NCBI GenBank assembly: GCA_000165425.1
Contig: CT868671.1
Coordinates: 625,027-689,026, forward strand
Direction: 5' to 3'
Length of the DNA stretch: 64,000 bases
DNA from: Paramecium tetraurelia
Lineage: Eukaryota
Shown here: piece after piece, positions 21,836-35,220 of the stretch
Numbering within the stretch: position 1 is the first letter of the stretch
Layout of the letters: each line of letters starts with the position of its first letter
Notes under the pieces: generated by a model
Seen by the model: the letters and a program-made list of their open reading frames with translations, nothing else
Databases searched by the model: none
Told to the model about the DNA's origin: nothing
Program-made: the position numbers and the translations under genes

Positions 21836-24800
21836 TCAAGAACTTAGAATTTTAATTAATTCCTAATATTCTAAAATTAAGTGTTTAATCTAAGTTATAA
21901 ACTGAATATTTTACTTCATAAGGAGTTTGAGTTTTAAAAATCATATTGCAATTATTGATTTTGCAAGTCAACTCAATCGGAAACGATTTAATGTCTGAAA
22001 CCAAGCTATAATCAATTTTAATTATCAACGCTCTATTCTCTGGCTTTAAGAAGTAAAACCCATTGTAATTCAAACCTTTTATTATAGATTAATCTAATTA
22101 CCTATTAAAACGTGAGTGCTCAATTTAATGCCAAATTTGCTTTGCTAAACTAGTTATTAGGTTTCTTTTGAACATTCTACAAAAAATAATTACATTCCAT
22201 ACAACATATTAGTCTAAAAGCAAGCTACCATCAACAGGCATGACAAACCCTAAATAGAACCATTTTTTTATTTTGGTTACATCTACTATGATTGTGTTGA
22301 AAATTCCTAAAGTTACTTTTCTCTAAATGCTGCTTCCCTTTAAATCTATTCAAACCACAGCTTTTCTGAATGCTATTTAATAACAGAATTCGGAATTGCT
22401 TTTTTCAATAGATTCTTGTCAATTTTTTATAGGGTTGCAATTGAATAATAAGCAGTCATCAAACAAAAATCTAAGAAGTTTAAAGGAAATGTTTGATTTT
22501 TCGCTTGAAACACTATTTCAAACATCAAATATTTCAATCGAGTTTCATCCTGCCGATATTCAAGCTCCTCTTACTTCTAAGGTAAGTATAAATACTTTTT
22601 AAACATAAATTGAAATTTTGTTCCATTGTTAAACATCTTTTTCAACGTTTACATAAACCCTGATTTACTCTTGTCCAAAAACGAGGATATTTTCTCATCA
22701 TCTTCTATTACTCGAATGATTCCTCCTGTATCCACTATGAAAATTTTGAAATCTACAAAATATTTTAAATTAATGTGATTTGCAACTGCACTCTTTATGA
22801 ACCAAGTCATTGTATTTTTTTTGAATCCAACCTATAGGTGTTATCCAGTCAATAAAGTTATTTCAATACAATAAGGTTATTGGGGAGCTTCAATTCCAAT
22901 CTTTACTTGTTAATCATCTTTACTTACCTTCTAACTAAAAGTTTTTTGCTATAATTCTTGCAGAATTTCTAAATAGGAGTTCTTTTGATTTTATTTCAAT
23001 TTGGACATATTCTAAAATAACTCAGGTTTTAATCTTTTTTGTTCTGGTAAACTATAGAACTTAGGATCAATTTTCAATATCTCTAAGACTTATTTCTAAT
23101 ATTCAACGTTTTCCATTATCTATGGAGAATTGAGAACAATTTACAATAGTTGCTCAATCCTCAACTTTCTTTCATCTATTACTTTTTAATTCTTTGCCTA
23201 TAAACTCTTTGTTATTGTTGGGATTTTCAGTTTATTATCATACTTATTAACAACTTATAATAAACTCAGAACTTAACTGAATCTTATTAAACTTACAATT
23301 GGAATATTATCAATAGTAAAGTTAAATTTATAGAATGTAACATTCTTATGTAATTTTGGATTCTTTTCTATTCCTAAAATTTCTACTTTAACACAAAAAT
23401 TAGTCTCTTGCTTTTTATCAATTTTTTATTCAAATGATTAAATTTATTAATTTATGATATTTTAAATTTTCGACATAAGTTTTAATTTGGTTTTAATATC
23501 CCCATTTACAATCAGAATAGTCTCATTTCTAGTCACAAACTCAAAGGAATTCTTTAGAATCAACGAGTCCTTGATATCCTTTATATAAGATTGTTAAGTT
23601 ATGGGAATATGGAATTTGTACTTCAAGGCATTTAACTTGTTTTTTTTAGCGAATAAAAGTAAATTATTAAATGCGTAGATAACGATTCTTTATTCAATTT
23701 TCTTTGTATAGATTGAACAAATGTCTTCAAAAATAAAAAATATGTTAGGCTTAAAGACAGAGAGGTTTTAGACATTGCCAAATTGGTGATATAATTCCAT
23801 TAATTTTGCTTATTTTAAAAAGACATCCATCTCGCTATTGTTCTTATCGTTAATCTTTTCAATGGTCTCGAGACAACATTTCACATTTTAGTAATCAGGG
23901 TGGGAAGGCATTGTATGTTTCAATAAATCTTTGAAGAGCAGTGCGTATTTAGGTAATCGTTAAACAGGTTTAATTGTGTAATCATTTAATGTTTAACCCT
24001 TTAATAAATTCTGTAACTTAATTTCTTTGAGAAATTATTAATAGGCAGGCATAGCCTCATATTGACTCGTTATTTTTCTGGTTTGTTCATAAGCCTTACA
24101 ATATTCATAATAGAAAATAAATCCATTTAGTAGAGGAACTATGGATTTCATAACGACAGCATTTGGATCCTTAAGATTGTTATTCTTTTGTAGTTCACTC
24201 AAAAATTCAGTATTAAAATTGAGAATCTCGTAGATATGAAACATCACTTTTATATCAGCTTCTTTATTTGGAAATTTTTCAATTGATTCCTTTTTAATCA
24301 TGTTCAAGATCTCCAAATCTGAGACATACTTTATTTCAGTTTAGATTAACTCATTCAATACATTTAATCTATATCTATTCATTTTTTCAATCAATTATTG
24401 TTCCTTTTCAATTCTCTCCTTTTTTTCTCTCTCCTATTTCAACTTTACATATCGTTAAATAAATAGAATCTTATCCAGATATTATAAGTAATATTTGTCA
24501 TCTCGTACTAAAATTAATTAGTTTGAATTGTTGATTATCAGTTTTGAATTAAAAATAGATTCTGACCGCTCATGAATATTAATCTACTATAAATCCATCG
24601 ATTATCTTTGGGATTTCTTAATTTGGGTAGTTAATTCATTGGTTATCATACTGACATAAATTCTGTCTTCGCTTTGTAATTCTTTTTCATTTACTTAAGA
24701 AATCAATTCATTCGAAAACGTTTAATGATTCTTCTCAACTTCTTCATCTGAATCTTACGCAAGTGTTGTTTACATCTGACTTTATTTTTATAACTTTTCC

Positions 24801-25130
24801 TCAATCTAATCTCTCACTTCAGGATTTTCATTAAGCATCTTATTAAAAGTGCTTATAACATCATTTTCTCCACTAATTTGAATAGATTGATCCATCTCTT
24901 GCTATCCTGATTGACTAAGTTTAAGCATATGATATACTTTTATATTACTTGTTAATCCTGTAGTACTTGAGTAACCTACATAGATTTTGCAATTTTAGCA
25001 GATTGTTCTGCTTCTTCTCTTTCTTTTTTTTATTTCTCCAATAATAACACTCTCTCTTTGACAATCCTAAATTGATATTTAAATATTACATCGAACTATT
25101 GATTACAAAATGAAAATTAATCAATTCCAT
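21836..25130 (-). CDS. RhoGEF with DH-PH-PX-FERM architecture (start approximate)
   Basis: DH: ELIQTEIKYVSDLEIL...DYTIKPVQRLPKYALLFKDLLKHT..HPDY. PH-like region ~23430-23750. PX: TFYKF...RFSQVLSL...IDERKLRIEQLLQIVLNSP. FERM: FMFKKYLY...DETRLKYL...LYGMQLFFV...VLIGLNYNGFYFL...FKTQTPYEIKHLILEY. Confidence 0.82.
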
Positions 25131-25346
25131 ACATATATTGTTACATAATTTACAATGATTCGCACCTTGAAAACTAAACAAAAAGATATTTTGATAATTA
25201 AATCATATAGTTTCAGATTAAGCAGCATGGATATACATTAGATATTAGAAAACTATAATTAATATTCATACAATTATTTATGTAGAATCAATAAATTTAT
25301 TATTTCGGCAAAATAAAATTAATAAAAATCAATCAAAGATAATTTC

Positions 25347-28300
25347 TCAAATTTCCATCCTGAATGTTACTATTTTCCTTTAATCATACTATATGTATTG
25401 AGGTGGGCTTTATTGTAAAAATGCTTATGATTCTTAATGAACTTAAATTGGTTTGTTAAAATAATTCCTTATTTTTTGAATGAGATTCTAAAACAATCAC
25501 ATAATTTTCTTTCAAAAATATAAAGTGCTGTTTAAAATCAAGAATAAATTAATACACTACTAATAATGTGCATAAAACTATAATGAACCAACCAATTATT
25601 AATTCATCCTATTCATTTGGATCATTTTATTATTTATAAAATAGTATCAAGATTAATAACTCAACCAACCAAATGAACAGTTCTGAACCTATGACTTTCT
25701 AATGCTCATAAACATCCTTTAATGGCTAACTTGATTTAACGTAGAATATAAATATGATATTCAGTATTGAACATGTTAAAATAGTAATATAAGCTTCGCT
25801 ATAGCAAAACACTAAAACAAAAATGAACACTACTTTCTTACAAAGAAGGAGTAGGTTATAATAATTAGAGTAGGGTCTTGATCTTCTTATTCTAATGCCT
25901 TCAAATAGAGCTCCGTATTTTTATTTTACAAGTTGCTAACCAAAATAATAAGGCTAACTGATCATTAGAAAGAACCCCTTAATAATTAAATACAATTAAA
26001 GAAAAAAAAAGATAAAGCTTATGAAGAAACTTGAAGTCAAAAAAGGGATTCTCCATATTTCTTACTGATAACTATAGAAAAACAGCAAGATTATATTCAT
26101 ATGCCACTGACATGAAGGTTCTTAATAATCCTGAACAAAAGTAATGAATAGTGTTCAGGAAAACTCTCTAGACTTTCCTAATAATTCGAAGAATAATAAA
26201 TTTGAACAGTTCAGGTTCTTCATCGTCTATGTATAAATTCTCTTCGGAATAATATGCCATTATTTTGGTTAGAATCATAAACCCTATAATGCATAGAAAA
26301 TAAATAGATAAGGTAGTTACAAATGCAATAAAAACAGCAAAAGCATTGATATAAAACGTGGAGGAATAACCTTTTGAAGCAAATTTATAGTGAGGATCAG
26401 GTGAATCAACATAACAATTTACTAAATCTTCAATATTGAGGAAGATTTTCATGAAATCGAATTGGGCAAAGTCAAATAGTCTAAAATAGGTCTCTACATT
26501 ATAAGGATAAATGACGTTGAAAAATTATAAATAGGATATTAATTATAAAATATCCAATAGGTTCCAAAAGATGTGTAATCCCCCTACAATTAAGGAAATT
26601 ATAGCCAAACCCAATAAGATGAACAACACATATTTATTAAACTCTAGAAAGCCCTGAGTAACATCAATAACATCCTAAGAGGGTTTTAGATATTTTAATA
26701 ACTCAAATTCAAAAATCGTCTGATTAAAAGTTAAACCTTGTTTTGATTGATAATCTTAAGGGTTTTCAATTAAACATAATAAAATTGGAGTTTCCTCTCT
26801 ATTCTTTAATACAATCTATACATCAATTTAAAGAATATTATAATCTTCAAAATAATTAGTAAGCTCTTGATATTGCTTAATTTAAAATGTTTTGGAATCC
26901 TTCAGTTTGAATTAACATAATTCTGTAAATGAAACAGAAGTTTTTAACGGAATACTTGACTTTATAATAAAATTTCTTTATGCTTAATATCTATTATCAT
27001 ATAAGTCTTCTTCGAATATCAGATATGGATAGTTTTACCTATCACAAGTATCTTAACATGACCAACCATCCTCGATTAAACAGTAAAAACATCCATCTCC
27101 AGAATTTTAATTTCCGTCATCACACTATTCCTGACTTACTCGCAACCCATCCCCACAAATGTTTAAACATTTTCCATCCTTTATTTAATATCCTAGGTTG
27201 ATTTCACAAATTGCACATGACAGATCTTCATTTTATAAATTGCATGATAGACAATTATTTGCTCTCACTGAACAAGTTTTACATTATGAGTCACATTTAT
27301 CACAATGATTATTTAAATTTAAATAATATCCATCAACACAATTGTGACATTATCCCATTTCACATTATATACATAAAGGGTTAAAACAATATGATTGTGA
27401 AAAAAGACATGAGTTGCATTCATCCTTTTAATAATCATTTCCATCATCGCAATCTTCATTCCATTATACAATCTCATCCCCACAGTTACTATAACAATAA
27501 TGAGAAATTGGGGGGTTGATATAATTCATACAGGACAAACATTCCTTCATATTAGATTCATAATATCCTCTTTTACAATTGCATGAGAAAACAGTATCAT
27601 GTTATGATGGTTCTCTAGTGATTGGACATCGAGTGCACATAGTTATCAAAGGAGAATTTAAACAATACTCGCAAGAAGGGTGACAAGGAGCACATGTCAA
27701 ACTATTTTCTATTTCATAATATCCTTATTAACAAATACATTAAGTATTCAATAAGTTTAATTTCCTATTCTATTCTTAATAACAAGACAAACATGTATCG
27801 ATATCTGAACAGGTTTTACATTTTTGATCGCATTCATTACAAATCTCAGTTCCTTAATCAAAATATCCATCTTTGCATATGCATTAATTTTTGAAAATAT
27901 TTCTAAATTAATCAGGATAACATCTAATGCAAATAAATGGTTTGATTTAACAACCTTTACAAGTGGAATCACATTTATAACATTCTAGATATGGTTCCTC
28001 AGAATAATATCCCTAACGACATTCACATATAGAATGATTTAATATTCTATTTAATGAAGAATCACACTTCGTGCAATACTTTGGAGAATAAGTACATGCT
28101 CTACATAATTCCGAACAGGGCTAGCAAATCTAATTTTCCATATAATACCCTTCTAAACAACTACATTAATTAATATTTAACCAGTAATGATTAGAATCAT
28201 CACAAGCTAAACACTTTTGAAACATATTTTTTCTATGATTGATTATATCAAATCCGCAAGTCAAACATCCCTCCTCACAGGGATATTTTTAAGTACATGT

Positions 28301-30538
28301 ATTACTTAATTCAAATGTAACTTAACAATAACACTATCCATGAATTTGTATATGTTTAGGAGAACAAGAATCGCAATAATATGAATTAGTACATTAGTAA
28401 CACCCTAAAATGCATTAGAAACATGAATGAAGATTTTGATCATAATAGTACCCTTGAGCACAACTTCCAGATTACACTGAATTATCAACCATCCAATCTT
28501 AGCATTATCCAACGGAATCACATTGATTGCAAAACTCTGGACACGACACTACCATAACTCTGTAGTTAAAGATTCCATAATACTGATGCAAGTTTTTTAA
28601 TTCTTAAACAGAAAATGTTACTAACAAGCTATCAAGTGATGTAAGTAGAGTAAGTTCAATAAATCCTTCAGCTACATATTCATTCCATAACGAAGAACCC
28701 ATTGTATTTCCAATAGATAAAAACTGAAATTGATTTGAATTTGGCGTTGCTGTTGTCATTTAATAGGAAACTCCAGTAGCATTCACAAATATTTCAAATA
28801 TTTCATCGTATTATAAATCTATGCATACTACATTAAGCTTTATGAAGGCCTTGTAAAAAGGTCTATCACTTTTAATAGCATGATATATATTGATCCATAA
28901 TTCCAAAATGGGATTCCTCCCAATATTGAATAAGCATTTGAATTATATGTGAACTTACTTATTTTGTGTTCTACTTCTTCTAATTATTAACTTATGGTCA
29001 AAATTTAATCATAATAATTATTATCGTCATAGAGAATGTTTAGAATATAATTAAATTAGCCACTCATCCCATTTTCTACACATTCATTTCCTATTTAGGT
29101 CGTTTATAAAGGACATTTTGATAAACATTTATTTGCAAAATAGAAATATCCTGATTTGCATGAATTACAGAATTTTGGTTGCATAAAGGGGCAGGTCAAG
29201 CAATTATTTTCACATGAACTTAGATTCGTTGTTATTTGTTATTCTACAATCTCTAAATTTGATAAACACCACCCTCTAAGAGGTTCTACTATTGTGAACT
29301 AACCTGCAAATTTTATTTCAGTGACTTCATAATTTAAAAACATCTCAAAATAAATGTCACTTTAAAAACAATTCTCAGACTCTTCAAAATGACATTTCTA
29401 CCAATTATTTATGTGAGCTATCCCTTATGAATAGGATAGCCCAGGTTGCTCATAATCATAAATGTATAAAACTGTGTAATTATTAAATTTTAGTGAGATT
29501 TATCCACCAATGAAATGAGATTTATGATATCTCAGGAAGTATATTTTTAATTTAATCATTATCTTAGAGAAAGAAATTATTGATAATTGAGGAAAAACGA
29601 TTTATTCATTATAAAAAAAAGGACCTGCTACTTTATCATTTCCAATTTATATAATCCTCTAAGAATTATCATCAACATTTGAATAATATTTGTCCTTGAT
29701 TATGTAGAATTGATAAGAGTTGAAATCTCCAACTAAATCGTTAAACAATAAATGTGAAGTACCAATTTGGCATATTCCGTTTTAATCTGGAACATATCCA
29801 TTGGGACAAGAATTTAAACATTATATATTTGGAGTATCTAATTAAAACTAAGAATATCTATAGTCTCCAATAAAGTTGCAAAGACATTACCCTTTATTTA
29901 ATTGGAGATCATCTTTGCATCTCTCACATTATCCAGTATCATTACAAAATTCACAATTTTTATCACAAAATTAAACATACAAATAAAATCCAGATAATGC
30001 ATATATGAAAACGGGCTGAAACCCAATTGTTTCAATTAGGATCTCAATTTGATTATCTCTAAATTCTTAAAAATGATTGAATCTAAACACAGAGCTATCT
30101 GCAGAATTATTATTTCCTGGTCGATTGCAGTATATTAAGGGAGTTGGAGTTGATAACTCAAATTATGTTTAAGTATTTTCATTAACCATAACTTAATTCA
30201 AGTACAATTTAGTGCTGACTTCCTTCATCGAATCAATATAATAAAAATCTAACTCAATTCTGATAGCAGAGAATTTTCTATTGTTTGGCATTTGGATATT
30301 TCTCCAAATTTTCTCCTTTCCTTCTGCCAAGAAAGTAGAAGATGTTGGTGTACAAAGAGTTGGATTGATTTGAGTTAATGAACTAATCGTCGAATACGAA
30401 TTTAGTCCAATCCAATCCACAGAAGATGCAGCATCGAATAGTTCATATTTGTAAATTTCCCAATCTATTGTTACCTTATATTAATTTACCACACTAGACA
30501 AAACAGATTAAGATAAGACTAAATAGTTAGAACTTCAT
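25347..30538 (-). CDS. large Cys-rich (furin-like/EGF-like repeat) surface protein with C-terminal multipass membrane domain
   Basis: Signal peptide MKFQLFSLILICFVQC, many CxxC..CxxC..C.C..GYY repeats, two CGD...E.CDDGN repeats (27.1 and 27.5 kb) and a TM bundle containing KYGALFEG. Stop is at 25384 or 25347. Confidence 0.85.
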
Positions 30539-30943
30539 AATATCTATTGTATATTATATAATTATGATCTAAATCAAATTATTATTTTAAATATTTCTAG
30601 CTCATTGTACAAAATCTTATAAACAATCATTTGAGTAAATCTTCTAAATATGGTTAATTATGATCTAAGATTCATGAAATATAAAAATTTCTAATCATTA
30701 CATACATTTTTTAAGGAATTATGAGGATTTTTATTTGCCTTATCAATAAATGATAGATATAATGAAGAACATTATATTTGAATTCAAGTTTAAAGTGTTG
30801 AGAATGGTAAGACTTGAGGTTGTAAGTGATTGGAGTTGAAAAGGAAAGAAAATTGAGTTATTATTTTATGATTATCGTGAATTTAATCATTACAAAAATG
30901 TACTTTAAATCTTTAAATAAAATATTTATTTGAAAATCAAAAT

Positions 30944-32904
30944 ATGTAATAATTCCAAAAAGAAATACCAACACAACCACAAATCACCCCTCAACCAAAT
31001 CAATAATAATAGAAGACCATCATCTATATTGAGAATTTAGATTAGGTATGAATACATTCTACAATAAATAGGGAATATCTGAAGATTATTTATATCGTAA
31101 ATTCAAGGAAGTGGGAGAAATCGCAAGTTTAAAAATCACAAAGGACAAGTCAACCCAAAAATCCAAGGGACAAGCATTCATCACATTCATACATCCAGAC
31201 TCAGCTGAGGAAGCCAGAAAAAAATTTAATAATTAAGTATTCATCCGAAACAGCATCAGAGTCAAACCTTACTTTAATTTTCACGGAGCAGACAAGAAAG
31301 CAAATATTTTCATTTCGAATCTACCTGAAGATGCAGACGACTTGGAATTAGAGCAAGAGTTTTCAAGATTTGGTACCGTGTTATCAGTTGATGTACATAG
31401 AGACTCAACAGGAAAGCAATTGAAGTATAAATATAGATTTAGCAATTTAGTTATGGTTATGTTTAATTTGAAAGAAAGGAAGATGCTGAGAACTTGATCA
31501 AGAGAATCCAGAGCCATCCACTCACTCACAAGGGCAAACTCTTGAAATTGGAATAATTTAAGGCTTAATCAGAAAGAAAAGTGGAATCAACATCTATTTA
31601 CTTAAGAGCATTCGCAGCTCCATTACCTTAACATCTCAGTGCTTAAGATAGTGCTATGAGATCATTTGAATATGGATGGTCTTTGGTGATCAAAGATTAC
31701 TTGACTAGAGTGTAAGGAGATTAAATTAGGGACTGTTTTGTTAAAATAGATTCTGTCACAAGACAACCATGGGCAATGATTACATTCGAAACTTATGATT
31801 AAGCAAAGGTCAACTTAGATTTGTGTGAAAGTTAGAGAAAGCATCCATGCATTAATTCAGGAGCTCGTGTTGCACTTGATTTAATTAAAAAGCATGGCCC
31901 TCCTGCCAATAGCGATGGCTCTTTACAATTTACTATTTAGTAAATTGAACCATTCTTTGAAGAAATGTCAAAAGATCCATTTGATACTTTTAAGGGGGAA
32001 AGTGACAACTTCTTTTTCAATATGGTTTACAGTAAACATTTGAATCCAGATGAAAGATTGATCATCATCCAAAATATCAAGGAAGATGTAACCAAAGAAC
32101 AAATCTCTGAGTTTTTGGGATAATTTGGAAAAGTTATTCGTTTAACCATCAGAAAAACCAAAAACCCAAGATTTTAAGTCCAATAATGCTTTGTTCACTA
32201 TTAAACTCTAGAAGATTCAAAGAGAGCTCGTTCAGAACTCTATGATGATTCCAATGAGAAAATCGTTAATAAAAGAAAAGAAATCTTTAAGGATGGTAGA
32301 GCTGTAGCAAACATCTTATTATCAAAAACCATGAGAAAAGAGTTCAAGGAAATCAAAAAACAAAGCTAAAACATTTTTGCTAATCCTGGAGGTAGACAAT
32401 TACTTTAACCATAAATACCAACTTATCAAATGATGCCACCTCCTATGCCATTCCCTCATCCTCATCCTCAAAGAAACCCTCCCAGAGGACAAAGATATCC
32501 ATTCCCTCCTTCTTAAAGACCAGTACAAAGACCTCCTGTTAATATGATTAAACCATCAGAACCCATTAGAAATGTTGAAAAATACCAACCTAATTTCTTA
32601 TAAGAATTTATGGATTATTAAACTGTTCAAAGCAGAATGGAAGATTTCTTAAAAATACCTACTGATTCATAAAGATAAGTTTTGGGTAATTTATTATTCC
32701 AGAAAGTTTTCGATGTTGTTAAAGACAAAGAATCCACAAAAAAGCTTGTTGGTAATTATATAAATCATTCTTTTAGGTATGTTGATCGATCCATCTCAAT
32801 TTGAAATAGGAGATATCTTAAATATGTTTGATGATGTTAATGAACTTCAAACCTATATTGATGACGGCCTCTAATTGATTCGTGAAGAATAAAAAGCCAA
32901 TTGA
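30944..32904 (+). CDS. divergent poly(A)-binding protein (RRMs, Pro-rich linker, MLLE/PABC domain)
   Basis: RRM1 IYIENL...KSKGQAFITF; RRM2 NIFISNL...YGYVQF; two further divergent RRM-like units; Pro/Gln-rich linker; C-terminal RQVLGNLLFQKV...KKLVGMLID. Confidence 0.8.
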
Positions 32905-33384
32905 ATTATGACATATTAATCAGTCCAAAAAAATATTTTAATGTGATATACGACCATAAATAGCAATTCTTTTTAAAAGAAATTTCAGCAAATATCTCGA
33001 TATATTTATAGGGCTGTAATATTCTTTAAGAAATTGTTAGAAAAAATAATAAAAAAATTATGAGTTGTTTGCCTAAACTCTAATTAGAGGATATTCATAG
33101 GTTTACAAACATTAATTCAATTTATTCTAGTATTTTTTATGAATTTTAATTATTTAATTTCTAAAATATTCATAAAATTGATACACTTATCATTCAATGT
33201 TACATTTGATTAAATAAAAAAATACAAGAATTAATGCATATTTATTTTCGTCTTGTTATGATCTCTTTCACTCTTACAAAATTGAAAAATTTATTATATA
33301 AATCTTGAAATAAAATTTGAATTGAAAATCTCATTATAAATTGATTACGTATAATATAAGAAATGCTTACAAAAATAACAATAT

Positions 33385-35095
33385 TCATAATTAAATATTT
33401 TCTAATAGTTTGATGAATTCTTCCTCTTAAATAACTCCATCATTATTATAATCAAACTTTTCTAAGATATCATCCCAAGCTTAATTATCTATTTCAATTC
33501 CTCCAAATATATTTTCTAATTCATTTTTACTAATTACTCCGTTTCCATCTAGATCAAACATCTTGAAAGCATTCTTTATATTCTCAATAGTGATTTTCGA
33601 TTAAAGTACAAGAGCAGCAGAAATGAATTCAGTAAAATCTACTTTACCAGATTCATTTACATCTAGTTCTTGGATTAAATCATTAACCATATTCTCTGCT
33701 TAGAAATGATCAATATCAGCAACTAAAATTCCTTTAAGTAATTCTTCTTTACTCAATACTCCATCCCCATTTGTATCTAAAGACTTAAAAGTTTAAAACA
33801 ATTTTGTGCTTTCCTCTTTATTAACTAATTGTACAGAAATAAATTAAATAATTGCAGCTCTTAATTTATTTTGAGCAGAAAAATGACTAAGTATTTAGAT
33901 GATATTAAAATCTTCTATTTCCTTATTTTCATTTTCTTGGATCCAAGCATGATTAAATGCTTCTTCCATGTTGATTCGTTTTTTTGGATCTACAACGATC
34001 ATTTTGGAGATTAGATCTTTTACTTAATCACTTAGTTTAATCCAACGATCATTATTTGTGTTCCACTTACCTTGTTTAGCCAATCTTAAGGTCTCAATAT
34101 CATTGGATCCCTTAAACGGAGGTCTTCCAATCATCAATATGTAAAGTATCACTCCACATGACCATACATCCACTTTTAGATCATAGCCTGGTTCTGATAT
34201 CACTTCTGGTGCTACATAATATGGAGTTCCCACTTTTTTTGTTAAACAGGATTTGTTAATCATTTTTTCACTTGCTCCAAAATCAATGACTTTTAAATTA
34301 GCATCAGGATCGGTTGAATCAAAAAGAATATTTTCAGGCTAGAAGATATTTTGAGAATGTTAAATACTTTCAGATCTCTATGAACTATATTTTTATGATG
34401 GCAGTACATTATTGCCGAAAATACTTATTTCATATATTTTGCTACTTGTCTCTCATTATATTTAGAGATTGTTTTAATCCTCTCAAGTAATTCACCTCCC
34501 TTACAATATTCAGTTACTATATAATAATATTTGAAATCTGCAAATATTTCTAAAACTTTAACAATATTAGGATGATCCAGTGTTTTTAAGATTTCAGTCT
34601 CCTCCAACAATTTCTCTTCACAACTAATCGTTTTTCTGAGAATCACTTTTGCAGCTCTCAAATTCTCAGTTGATAAATGTTTAACCAAATAAACCTCCCC
34701 AAATCCACCTTATCCCAATTTCTTTACTATTTCATAATGAGTAAGGAACTTTTCAGTTATACATTACTTTCTAACCAACATTTCTGGTGTTAATTTCATA
34801 GTGCCACTAATTGTTTTTCCACCCATGTCTGATTTATTTCCTTCCTTATTTTTAGGTTAAACTTACTGATATTCTTAATGGTGTTAATAGAATTATTCTT
34901 TGGATAAGGAACTTAATTTATTGGCATTAGTTTCCTTATCTTGAAATTACATTTGGGTAGTAACATTCCCAGCAATTTGATGTGAGACTCCAGCGTCTAT
35001 CTCATCTAATTATCTATCCTCCACAGTTAAGACTTAGGTTAAGATCTTCAAATACCTGCCTCCTCTTTATACAGTTTAAATGTGCAACAACCCAT
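33385..35095 (-). CDS. calcium-dependent protein kinase (CDPK)
   Basis: MGCC acylation-type N-terminus; LGQGGFGEV, HRDLKPEN, DFG, GTPYYVAPE; four EF-hand loops (DTNGDGVLSKEE, DVNESGKVDFTE, DLDGNGVISKNE, DYNNDGVIQEEE). Confidence 0.95.
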
Positions 35096-35220
35096 AGTTA
35101 CAATAAAGTTAATTATAATTATAATCACAATATAATATTGAATTTAATTGATCAATCAATTAAAGCATAAATCTATCTCAATATAATTGAAGCATAATTT
35201 AATTTTAATACATCACTCAA

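Noticed and set aside
27000..28600. Periodic sequence that might be a DNA repeat array
   Set aside because: The periodicity comes from Cys-rich protein repeats in a common ciliate surface-protein family.
31281..31529. 82-aa minus-strand ORF
   Set aside because: Antisense to the PABP RRM2 coding region.
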